Part shown: in pieces, positions 51,322 to 60,425 of the stretch
How positions within the stretch are numbered: position 1 is the first letter of the stretch
How the letters are laid out: each line of letters opens with the position of its first letter
Assembly: GCA_946415785.1 (NCBI GenBank)
Contig: CAMKTV010000001.1
Location: 38,882-102,881, forward strand
Length of the DNA: 64,000 bases
Source: an uncultured Solobacterium sp.
GTDB taxonomy: Bacteria > Bacillota_I > Bacilli_A > Erysipelotrichales > Erysipelotrichaceae
Direction: 5' to 3'
The notes under the pieces: model-generated
What the model was told of the DNA's origin: nothing
Database searches by the model: none
What the model saw: only the letters and a program-made list of their open reading frames with translations
Program-made: the position numbers and the translations under genes

Positions 51322-51815
51322 GACTATTAGAAATTTGGCTAGCGGATAATGATTTAAGTTATGATTTGTATAAATCATTTGAAAAAGATGAGAATGGCTT
51401 TATTAATTCTTGTTTTGATATGAATAGAGAAGAATATGATGAGTATGTTTTAAAATGTTATAAAAATTCATTAGGCCAAGATTTAAAGCCAGGTTATGTG
51501 CCTGATAGTAAATATGTGGTTATTGATGATGAAGACAATTATGTTGGAATTGTTAATTTTAGACATTATTTAAATGATGCTTTAAGAAATGGTGCAGGGC
51601 ATATTGGTTATATTATTAGAAAAGAATATCGCAATAAAGGCTATGCTAAAAAAGCTTTAGCTCTAGCTTTAGAAAAATGTAAAGACGCCAATATTCATGA
51701 AGTGTATTTATCTTGTAATCTGGATAATATTGCCTCATTAAAAGTTCAATTAGCTAATGGCGCTATCATTCACCATCAAGATGATAAATGTAATTACACA
51801 AGAATATTTATCTGA
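51318..51815 (+). CDS. GNAT-family N-acetyltransferase
   Basis: The acetyl-CoA motif A is I(R/K)KEYRNKGYAKKALALAL. It overlaps the previous gene by 4 nt (ATGA). Confidence 0.8.
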   Translation: MRLLEIWLADNDLSYDLYKSFEKDENGFINSCFDMNREEYDEYVLKCYKNSLGQDLKPGYVPDSKYVVIDDEDNYVGIVNFRHYLNDALRNGAGHIGYIIRKEYRNKGYAKKALALALEKCKDANIHEVYLSCNLDNIASLKVQLANGAIIHHQDDKCNYTRIFI

Positions 51816-52398
51816 TTGAATATTTACAACCACAATAATTTTGATGATATAGATTCAATTCTTTATTCATTCTTTCGTTGATGATTATGCCATCAGCTTT
51901 TTTAAAGTCAGCATATAAGTATTTAATATGAGGATATTTCTTTTGAAGTTCTTCACCAATTTCATTGATATATAAAGCATTCTTACGATTAGAAATTGAC
52001 ATAATGGTTGCACAATAATCATAATGATGTTTTTCACCATACTTAAATGTTTCTTCCATGCGTAATTTATAGCACTTGTAGCATCTCTTGCCACCTTCTT
52101 TTTCATCTTTAAATTCTTTTAATTCTGCATCATATTTTTCATAATCATAAGGGGCTACAATCAGCTTTATATCAGGATTATTTAAGATGTTTAAATATTC
52201 TTTTAAAGCATTAAGACGTTTAAGATATTCATCATATGGATATATATTTGAATTATAGAAAAAGATTGTTATATCAAAATATTTATTAAGATATATTAAA
52301 GGATAGACACTACAAACACCACAACATACATGTAGCAATAATGTCGGTCTTCCTTTTAGTTCTTGAATTTGTTTTAAGTGTTTTTGATAATTATTCAT
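51808..52398 (-). CDS. queH: Epoxyqueuosine reductase QueH (DUF208)
   Basis: LLLHVCCGVCS ... C..CY..R ... YCGC cysteine pattern, adjacent to queA-tgt. Confidence 0.88.
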   Translation of the reverse strand: MNNYQKHLKQIQELKGRPTLLLHVCCGVCSVYPLIYLNKYFDITIFFYNSNIYPYDEYLKRLNALKEYLNILNNPDIKLIVAPYDYEKYDAELKEFKDEKEGGKRCYKCYKLRMEETFKYGEKHHYDYCATIMSISNRKNALYINEIGEELQKKYPHIKYLYADFKKADGIIINERMNKELNLYHQNYCGCKYSIR

Positions 52399-53418
52399 TG
52401 TTTATGAACATTGAATCGCCAAATGAGAAAAAGCGATATTTATTATTGATAGCTTCTTTATATGCAGATAAAATCATCTCTTTGCTTGTGAAGGCAGCAA
52501 TCATCATAATTAATGTTGATTTTGGAAGATGGAAATTGGTTATCTGACAATCAATAGCTTTAAAAACATACGGAGGATAAATAAAGATATTTGTTTCACC
52601 GCTATCCTCTTTAAAAGTTCCATATTTCTTCATGATTGTTTCTAAAGTTCTTGTAGAAGTTGTGCCAACAGCGATAATTCTTCTTCCATCTGCTTTTGCT
52701 TTATTTAATTTATCCGCAACATCTTTAGACATGTAATATGTTTCATAATGCATATGATGATTTTCAATTGTTTTTTCTTTGACGGGTTTAAATGTACCAA
52801 GTCCCACATGTAAAGTGATATCTAGAACTTCAACACCTTTTTCTTTTATTTTTTCAATCAATTCATCAGTAAAATGTAAGCCAGCTGTTGGACAGGCAGC
52901 AGAACCAAGAATTGAAGCATAGATATTCTGATAACGTGAATTATCTTTTAATTTTTCATGAATATAAGGAGGAGTAGGCATTTGACCAATTCTTTCTAAT
53001 ATTTCTATGAATATTCCTTCATATATCATCTTAAAGATTCTGATTCCTTCTTCTTTTACTTCCAGACATTCACCTTTTAATTCATCTGAAAAAGTTATGA
53101 TACTGCCAGCTTTTATTGCTTTGGCATTGCCACACAGACATTCACAAATATCATCATCATTTATTTTTAAGATTAATACTTCAACTTTCGCACCTGTTTC
53201 TTCTTTAGTGCCATATAATCTGGCAGGAATTACTTTAGAATTATTGCGCACTAAAACATCACCTTCATGAAGATAATCGATAATATCTGAAAAATGTTTA
53301 TGTTCAATCTTTCCGCTATTTTTATGAAGAACTAAAAGCCTGCTGGCATCTCTTTTTTCTGTAGGATGTTGAGCAATCAATTCTTCAGGTAAATCAAAAT
53401 CAAATTCATCTACTAACA

Positions 53419-53419
<1 letters not shown>
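52391..53419 (-). CDS. queA: S-adenosylmethionine:tRNA ribosyltransferase-isomerase
   Basis: The motifs FDFDLPEELIAQHP, PTPPYI, GSAA.PTAGLHFT and VGTTS.R.LE. Confidence 0.95.
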
Positions 53420-54573
<1,154 letters not shown>

Positions 54574-54630
54574 TTATACTTGCCACTAGTCTGGGTTTAA
54601 TCATTAGCAAAAATGTGATAACATTTTTTT

Positions 54631-55014
54631 ATGAGTGAATTTGAAAACAATGCTTATTTTTGGCAAAAAGTAGATGCCGCTTATATGTCAGGTGATTATC
54701 AAGTTATATACAAAAAAGGTAGTAAACACCCAAAACTACCAGAATTAATTTTCCCTTGTGACTATGGGCATGTGAGTACAGGAGGAGACTTTGAAACATC
54801 GTTAAAAGTGTTCAAGGGAAGTAAGAAAGAAACAATTGAAAGTGTTGTTGTTTGTTGTAACTTGCTGGAAAAAGACTTATCAACTATTGTTTTAGTTGGC
54901 GTCACCAATGAAGAAAAAGAAGAAATCTTAAAGTTCCTCAATAGCAATGATTTCCAAAAAACAATCATCTTAAATAGAGGAAAAAACATCCCTAGTTGGG
55001 CAATAGCAGAGTAG
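54631..55014 (+). CDS. Small conserved protein, possibly of the short inorganic-pyrophosphatase-like family
   Basis: FWQK.D......(gap)...G(S)KHPK.P..I(F/Y)P.DYG(H/Y) resembles short Bacillota proteins usually labelled inorganic pyrophosphatase. This is recalled, not verified. Confidence 0.4.
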   Translation: MSEFENNAYFWQKVDAAYMSGDYQVIYKKGSKHPKLPELIFPCDYGHVSTGGDFETSLKVFKGSKKETIESVVVCCNLLEKDLSTIVLVGVTNEEKEEILKFLNSNDFQKTIILNRGKNIPSWAIAE

Positions 55015-55036
55015 CATAGACTACTCTTTAATTTAA
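55008..55036 (+). terminator. Hairpin between the small gene and guaA
   Basis: 7-bp stem agagtag/ctactct with a 6-nt loop, then TTTAATTT. Confidence 0.5.
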
Positions 55037-55052
55037 TAAGGAGAAAAAGAAT

Positions 55053-56024
55053 ATGAAAGATCTAAGACCTAGTACAATGAAACGCATCACAAACAAGAAA
55101 TTAGCTTTAGCTTTTATTGAAAAACAAGTTGAAGAAATCAAGAAGCAAGTTGGTGACAACAAAGTCCTGTTAGCATTATCAGGAGGTGTTGATTCTTCTG
55201 TTGTAGCAGCATTATTAATTAAAGCTATCGGCAAGAATCTGGTATGTGTTCATGTAAACCATGGTTTATTAAGAAAAGGTGAGTCTGAACAAGTTATTGA
55301 TGTATTTAAAAAACAATTAGGTGCAACATTAATATATAGAAATAAAACTAATTTATTCTTAGATAACTTAAAAGGTGTAAGTGATCCAGAAAAGAAAAGA
55401 AAGATTATTGGTAAGATCTTTATTGATGTTTTCGCTGAAGAAGCAAAGAAATTGAAAGGGATCAAATATTTAGCCCAAGGAACAATCTATCCAGATATTT
55501 TAGAATCAAAGGGTGTTAAAGCTCATCATAATGTAGGCGGCCTACCTAAATCATTAAAATTTGAATTAGTAGAACCAGTTAAATTCTTATACAAAGATGA
55601 AGTAAGAGTTGTCGGCGAGGCATTAGGCTTACCAAAATCAATGGTATATCGTCAACCATTCCCAGGACCAGGCCTAGGAGTAAGATGTGTTGGCGCTATT
55701 ACTAAAGATAGATTAAACGCATTAAGAGAAGCAGATGCTATTGTTAGAGAAGAGATTGGCAAATTAGAAAAAACACCTTGGCAATATTTTTGTGTAATTC
55801 CTGATTTAAAATCAACAGGTATTAAAGATGGCAAGAGATATATGGGTTGGGCAGCTATCATTAGAGCGATAAACACTAAAGATGCAGTAACTGCCAAATC
55901 ATTTGAAATCCCATATAAAACACTTTATAAGATCAGAGATCGTATCATTAAAGAAGTTCCTGGCGTCAATAGAGTATTATGGGATTATAGTGATAAACCA
56001 GTAAGCACTATTGAGTGGGAATAA
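55053..56024 (+). CDS. guaA: GMP synthase, ATP-pyrophosphatase plus dimerisation domains only (no glutamine amidotransferase domain)
   Basis: N-type PP-loop LALSGGVDSSV, the motifs AQGT.YPD..ES, HHNVGGLP and R.PFPGPGL..R, and the canonical C-terminus IEWE. At 323 aa it starts right at the synthetase domain. Confidence 0.88.
   Translation: MKDLRPSTMKRITNKKLALAFIEKQVEEIKKQVGDNKVLLALSGGVDSSVVAALLIKAIGKNLVCVHVNHGLLRKGESEQVIDVFKKQLGATLIYRNKTNLFLDNLKGVSDPEKKRKIIGKIFIDVFAEEAKKLKGIKYLAQGTIYPDILESKGVKAHHNVGGLPKSLKFELVEPVKFLYKDEVRVVGEALGLPKSMVYRQPFPGPGLGVRCVGAITKDRLNALREADAIVREEIGKLEKTPWQYFCVIPDLKSTGIKDGKRYMGWAAIIRAINTKDAVTAKSFEIPYKTLYKIRDRIIKEVPGVNRVLWDYSDKPVSTIEWE
56001..56024 (+). repeat. att-like copy A, the genuine 3' end of guaA
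   Basis: gta agc act att gag tgg gaa taa (VSTIEWE*). The core GAGTGGGAATA lies at 56013-56023. Confidence 0.9.
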
Positions 56025-56043
56025 GCACAGTATATATAAATAA

Positions 56044-56100
56044 AAAATGCAACGTATTTAAATGCGTTGCATTTTCGTAGCAAAAATGCTACGATTTTTA
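56044..56100 (+). terminator. Two tandem hairpin terminators downstream of guaA
   Basis: A near-perfect 16-nt palindrome aaaatgcaacgtattt/aaatgcgttgcatttt, then an 8-bp stem tcgtagca/tgctacga followed by TTTTTA. Confidence 0.7.
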
Positions 56101-56113
56101 TAGAGGTGTTGCG

Positions 56114-57370
56114 ATGAAAAAAGAGAATAAATATTTAGAATATAAGGAAAAGCAAACTAAAACATATTTAAAAACAGTATGTGCTTTTGCGAATTATCAC
56201 GATGGTGAAATAATCTTTGGAATAAGCGACGACTATAAGGTTTTGGGTATTGATAATCCAAAAGACTTTTGTTTAAATCTAGAAAATCAAATAAACGATT
56301 CAATTAAACCAAAACCAGATTACACACTAAAGATTAATAAAGACACCACTGTAACTTTATATGTTAAGAAAAGCCTATCAACTCCTTATATGTATAATGG
56401 TAAAACTTATAAAAGAAACGATTCATCTACAATCGAAGTGGATGAATTAGAACACAAAAGATTAACATTAGCAGGAATGAACCAAAATTATGAAGAACTT
56501 GCTTCTAATAAACAAGATTTAACTTTTGATATATTAAAGAAAAATCTTAAAGAAAAAATAAATATCAAAACTTTTAATCAAGATACTTTAAGAAGCTTAA
56601 ATTTATTTAATGACGATATTGGTTATAACATCGCAGCATCATTGCTAGCAGACATTAACAAATGTCCAGGTTTAGATATTGTTGTTTTTGGATCTTCAAT
56701 AAGCGATATAAAAAGAAGAAAAACTTTAAATAATCAATCTATTATCAAACAATATTACGAAGCATTAAAGATATTTGAAGAAGAGTATGTTAGTGAAGTT
56801 GTAGATAATGGTTTTAGAAAAAAAGTTGAGAAAATACCATATGATGCTTATAGAGAAGCAATAGCTAATGCTTTGATTCATAGAGTGTGGGATGTAAACG
56901 CTAATACTAAAGTAGAAATGTATCCAGACAGAATCGTTATTTCTTCACCTGGCGGATTACCTCAAGGAATTAGCGAAGAGCAATACAAAAAAGGAACATT
57001 TTCACTACTGAGGAATCCAATAATTTCTAATGTGTTTTATAGACTAAATATTGTAGAAATATTCGCTACAGGAATAAAGAGAATAAATGAACTATATAGA
57101 GAATCTATGTCTAAGCCAATATATGATGTAATGGAACAAGCAATAAGCATTACGCTTCCTCTATACAACATTAATACACTTTCTAAAAACGAAGAGTTAA
57201 TTTTTAGTTCAATGCAAGCAAATCAAAAATATAAGAGAGAAGAATTACAAACGATAACTGGATTAAGCAAAGATAAAGTTATTAGAGCAATTCCTATGTT
57301 ACTAAAAAGAAATTTGATAAATAAAGAAGGAGAAGGCAAAGCAACTATTTATATAAGGACTGACAAATAA
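56114..57370 (+). CDS. AlbA_2 (Schlafen-like divergent AAA) plus HATPase_c_4 plus wHTH protein
   Basis: The N-terminus is YLEYKEK....YLKTVCAFANYHDGEIIFGISDD (AlbA_2). The central region REAIANALIHRVWD....KVEMYPDRIVISSPGGLP ... RNPIISNVF..L.IVE..ATGIKRI matches HATPase_c_4. The C-terminus is winged-helix-like. Confidence 0.8.
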   Translation: MKKENKYLEYKEKQTKTYLKTVCAFANYHDGEIIFGISDDYKVLGIDNPKDFCLNLENQINDSIKPKPDYTLKINKDTTVTLYVKKSLSTPYMYNGKTYKRNDSSTIEVDELEHKRLTLAGMNQNYEELASNKQDLTFDILKKNLKEKINIKTFNQDTLRSLNLFNDDIGYNIAASLLADINKCPGLDIVVFGSSISDIKRRKTLNNQSIIKQYYEALKIFEEEYVSEVVDNGFRKKVEKIPYDAYREAIANALIHRVWDVNANTKVEMYPDRIVISSPGGLPQGISEEQYKKGTFSLLRNPIISNVFYRLNIVEIFATGIKRINELYRESMSKPIYDVMEQAISITLPLYNINTLSKNEELIFSSMQANQKYKREELQTITGLSKDKVIRAIPMLLKRNLINKEGEGKATIYIRTDK

Positions 57371-57486
57371 GTCGTGCTCCCTTCTATGCTCCCCAAAATC
57401 TTAGTAAATAGAGATAATAAATATAAAATCAAGGATACTAGCATATAAATGTATATAATATAAGCAACTAGATATACGTGATATAA

Positions 57487-57510
57487 GGTAGTGCCATCGA
57501 GTGGGAATAA
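57487..57510 (+). repeat. att-like copy B (most diverged)
   Basis: ggt agt gcc atc gag tgg gaa taa, readable as GSAIEWE*. There is a 12-nt exact match to the guaA end (gagtgggaataa) plus partial matches upstream. Confidence 0.5.
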
Positions 57511-57521
57511 TCGAATATATG

Positions 57522-57549
57522 AAATAAGCCTTTAAATAAAGGCTTATTT
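57522..57549. terminator. Hairpin just after att-like copy B
   Basis: Hairpin aaataagcc-tttaaataaa-ggcttattt. Confidence 0.55.
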
Positions 57550-57617
57550 GATGGTTTTGTAAAATTTTGAGTAAAATCTGAGTAAATTTTGATGATTAAT
57601 ATAAAAAATTGAAATAT

Positions 57618-57663
57618 ATGTGCCGAAAAATAGGAAACAAATGTGCCGAAAAATAGGAAACAA
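57618..57663. repeat. Perfect 23-bp direct tandem repeat (2 copies)
   Basis: ATGTGCCGAAAAATAGGAAACAA occurs at 57618-57640 and again at 57641-57663, just upstream of the TA promoter. Confidence 0.95.
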
Positions 57664-57681
57664 ATAATTTGTTTATAAACA

Positions 57682-57710
57682 TTGAAAGTGTATGACATAT
57701 GACATACAAT
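57682..57710 (+). promoter_or_regulatory. Putative TA-operon promoter with direct-repeat operator
   Basis: TTGAAA (57682-87), a 17-nt spacer and TACAAT (57705-10). The spacer holds two abutting ATGACAT heptamers (57692-98 and 57699-705). Confidence 0.5.
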
Positions 57711-57728
57711 AATAGTGAGGTAGGAGCA

Positions 57729-57935
57729 ATGATATCAATTAGACTTAACGAAAATATTGAAAAACAATTAAAAGAAGTTGCTGAATTTGAAGGAGTCAGC
57801 ATATCTGATTATGTTAGAGATTTAATAACGGAAAAACTAGAAGATATGTATGATTTAAAAGTAGCTGAACAAGCTCATAAAGATTATGTAAAAAGTGGTA
57901 AGAAAACATACACATTTGATGAGGTTTTTAAATAG
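57729..57935 (+). CDS. Ribbon-helix-helix antitoxin (RelB/CopG-like)
   Basis: MISIRLNENIEKQLKEVAEFEGVSISDYVRDLI is a typical RHH N-terminus. GAGGTAGGAG lies upstream of ATG 57729. The ORF-track start at 57699 is less likely. The stop abuts the toxin ATG. Confidence 0.8.
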   Translation: MISIRLNENIEKQLKEVAEFEGVSISDYVRDLITEKLEDMYDLKVAEQAHKDYVKSGKKTYTFDEVFK

Positions 57936-58202
57936 ATGAAATATACGCTTGTATTTTCAAGTAGATGTAAAAAAGAAATATCTAAATTAGATAATTCGAC
58001 AAAGAAACTTCTTAAAGGATGGATTTTAAACCATTTAATTAATTGCGATAATCCTAGAGCGACGGGCAAATCATTAACTGGAAATAAAACCGGCTATTGG
58101 CAATATCGCGTTGGTAACTATAGATTGATTGTTGAAATAAAAGATAAAGAATTAATTGTGTTAGCGATTACTTTTAGTCATAGATCGGAAGTGTATAAGT
58201 AG
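57936..58202 (+). CDS. RelE/ParE-superfamily toxin (RelE/StbE type)
   Basis: 88 aa. The motifs (K)L.G...GYWQYRVGNYRLIVEI.D.ELIVLAI.F.HRSEVY are present. Confidence 0.85.
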   Translation: MKYTLVFSSRCKKEISKLDNSTKKLLKGWILNHLINCDNPRATGKSLTGNKTGYWQYRVGNYRLIVEIKDKELIVLAITFSHRSEVYK

Positions 58203-58257
58203 ATACAGTTAAATAAATATATAAAGTTTAATAATAGATTATAAAGAGGAGAAACTT

Positions 58258-60138
58258 ATGAATCCACTATCACCAAAAACGATTGAAAAAAGGTTTAAAG
58301 AAGCAGGTATAACTCTTAATGAAAGAGAATTATTGCATAGGTATATGCTATGCTTTTCTAATTTGTATGGTTGCATAGAGATAGGTGTACTATGGAATGT
58401 TTTTAAATCATATAAAGAAAACATTACTATGAATAAATTCTATGACTATGTTGATATAGCTCAAAGAATGGATACTGATTTTTATATTTTAAATTTAAAT
58501 GAGGTTTATACAGGAGAAACAAGTGAAGAAACAGAAAATAAACTATTAGTTAATAAATATCTAGTAAGAAGATTTGAATTGAAGTTTTGGTATATCTATC
58601 AATTAGAAGAGTATAAAGATGAAAAATTTGGACCATACATTCCTTCAAAAGAAGAACTATTTAGATTTGACCATGATGTTTTTTATGACAATGAAATTGG
58701 TAGAAAAATGGTATCTTTGATTTCAAATCTTAAAACATCAGGAATAAGTACTAATAAAATTAATAAAAAAGAGATCGAGATGATTGATATAAACGGTAAT
58801 AAATGTAAAGGTAAAAGATTAGCTGATATTATTTATTTCGATAGATATGAACAATCATCAATAGATTATTTTAAGAGACCTAATGAAAAAGAGTATCAAA
58901 TAAAAAAGGCAAGCATACCAAGCGCTAAAAAGATTTTAAATGAAATTAAAAATTGTATTATGATTTATGATACCGATGTTTATATGAATAGACTTAATTA
59001 TATCTTAGAGAAGATTAATTATGATTTAGGTGTTGAATTCACAGAAGAATTTTTAAATGAATTTATGGCATTATTTATGGAATTATCAAATAACTCTAAT
59101 AGATGGAATATATTTGGTTGGAAGCCTAATATGCTTAGTACTATGGTACCTAAACATGATGGTCCAATAAAGCTATCAATCGGTCCAAATATGCGAAAAA
59201 TGATTGAAGATGGTGAATACGATTTAGGTGAAATGGATAAATTTTTTAAGGACAATAATCAAAATGTAATTATTGATGATGAAGAAAAAGATGATTATGA
59301 AAAAATCATCAAAAAGAATAATCTTTATCTTGAAGAATTTAGAGATTTTTTAATAAAGAGAAATTATCGAGAAAGTATAATCGATAAGCACATCTCTAGA
59401 GTTGTATATTATATAAATCACTATCTAATGCATGGAATTCCAAAGAATATGGAAGATGGATGTGGCCTTGATGTTATGAGCTTTATAGAAGATTGTGTTA
59501 ATAGAAAACATTTTCCTGCCAGTGTTCACAATATTGATTTTTATCTAGTAAGCATATCGTTGTTTTATGAATGTATGTGTGAAAAAGGACGAATTTCAAA
59601 AAATGTTTTAAAAGAGTTTAAAAAAGATATTACATCTTTTAAAGACGAACTTGTTGAAGACTATTATGATTGTAACCCAAAAGAAATTGATATCTATGAT
59701 GTAATTGAAGCTATTGAAATGGCAAATGGTTATGGTACGGCATATATGAATATTAAGACAGGTGAAAAGGTCTTTATACCAGAAGAGGAATCGTTATATG
59801 ACGGAGATTTAGATGAATTATATGATAGAATCGATACTCCTAATTGGGTGGAAATTCCTGAAATAAAAGATTATAAAATAATGATGAATTTCGCCAGTCA
59901 AGTTAAAGATAAGAATATATCTAATACATTAATTGGTATTCTTAAAAATAAACATTCATATCGAAATTTTAAAAACGCCATATTTGATATGAATATTGAA
60001 GATGAGTACTACGATTATTATGATGAACAGATTTATCAGATAGCAGAAGATTGGTTAGATGAGAATTGTGTTAATGAATTAATCGATGATTATGATGAAG
60101 ATATTGTTTTTGAAAGCGACAATAATACAAAACATTAA
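58258..60138 (+). CDS. Orphan 626-aa protein with a UPF0158-like C-terminal region
   Basis: Strong RBS (AGAGGAGAAA). The cytoplasmic middle segment LEEFRDFLIKRNYRESIIDKHISRVVYYINHYL resembles a recombinase core-binding/SAM-like helix bundle. The C-terminus (IPE..DYKIMMNFA......L...L......YRNFKNAI...........YY....) resembles UPF0158. Both assignments are tentative. Confidence 0.6.
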   Translation: MNPLSPKTIEKRFKEAGITLNERELLHRYMLCFSNLYGCIEIGVLWNVFKSYKENITMNKFYDYVDIAQRMDTDFYILNLNEVYTGETSEETENKLLVNKYLVRRFELKFWYIYQLEEYKDEKFGPYIPSKEELFRFDHDVFYDNEIGRKMVSLISNLKTSGISTNKINKKEIEMIDINGNKCKGKRLADIIYFDRYEQSSIDYFKRPNEKEYQIKKASIPSAKKILNEIKNCIMIYDTDVYMNRLNYILEKINYDLGVEFTEEFLNEFMALFMELSNNSNRWNIFGWKPNMLSTMVPKHDGPIKLSIGPNMRKMIEDGEYDLGEMDKFFKDNNQNVIIDDEEKDDYEKIIKKNNLYLEEFRDFLIKRNYRESIIDKHISRVVYYINHYLMHGIPKNMEDGCGLDVMSFIEDCVNRKHFPASVHNIDFYLVSISLFYECMCEKGRISKNVLKEFKKDITSFKDELVEDYYDCNPKEIDIYDVIEAIEMANGYGTAYMNIKTGEKVFIPEEESLYDGDLDELYDRIDTPNWVEIPEIKDYKIMMNFASQVKDKNISNTLIGILKNKHSYRNFKNAIFDMNIEDEYYDYYDEQIYQIAEDWLDENCVNELIDDYDEDIVFESDNNTKH

Positions 60139-60233
60139 ATTATGATGATTAGTAAATAAAAAAGCAATTAGAGAAATTCTAGTTATTAATAGAATGTTGT
60201 GAAGTAAAAGCGATAAAACATCAACTATTTATA

Positions 60234-60266
60234 AGTGATAAAGTATCAACTATTGAGTGGGAATAA
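60234..60266 (+). repeat. att-like copy C (extended guaA 3' mimic)
   Basis: agt gat aaa gta tca act att gag tgg gaa taa (SDKVSTIEWE*). Compared with guaA 55989-56024 (agt gat aaa cca gta agc act att gag tgg gaa taa), it has a 3-nt gap and a synonymous Ser change, and the last 18 nt are identical. Confidence 0.85.
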
Positions 60267-60425
60267 AAGTACATTTAATGGGGGCAAAATATATCGTCCC
60301 TTTTAAGTCTTTTGAATTTGAAAATAATAATGATAATCTGAACAAGGCATGAAAACATGAGAGGATGGCTTTTTGTTATTCCACCAGGATGTTTTAGGGC
60401 TGTTAGTTAAAAAGAGGGCAGAAAT

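Noticed and set aside
57468-57802. Two overlapping minus-strand ORFs (76 and 68 aa) in the islet-1/islet-2 junction
   Set aside because: Their hydrophobic composition comes from AT-rich intergenic DNA. They run through the att-like copy, the hairpin, the 23-bp tandem repeat and the TA promoter, and neither has an SD. A small membrane peptide cannot be fully excluded.
60267-60425. Additional frameshifted pieces of the ADP-ribosylglycohydrolase gene upstream of the 71-aa remnant
   Set aside because: By-eye translation of the three forward frames gave only short stop-interrupted stretches with no recognisable ARH motifs. The gene appears truncated at the att boundary rather than merely frameshifted.
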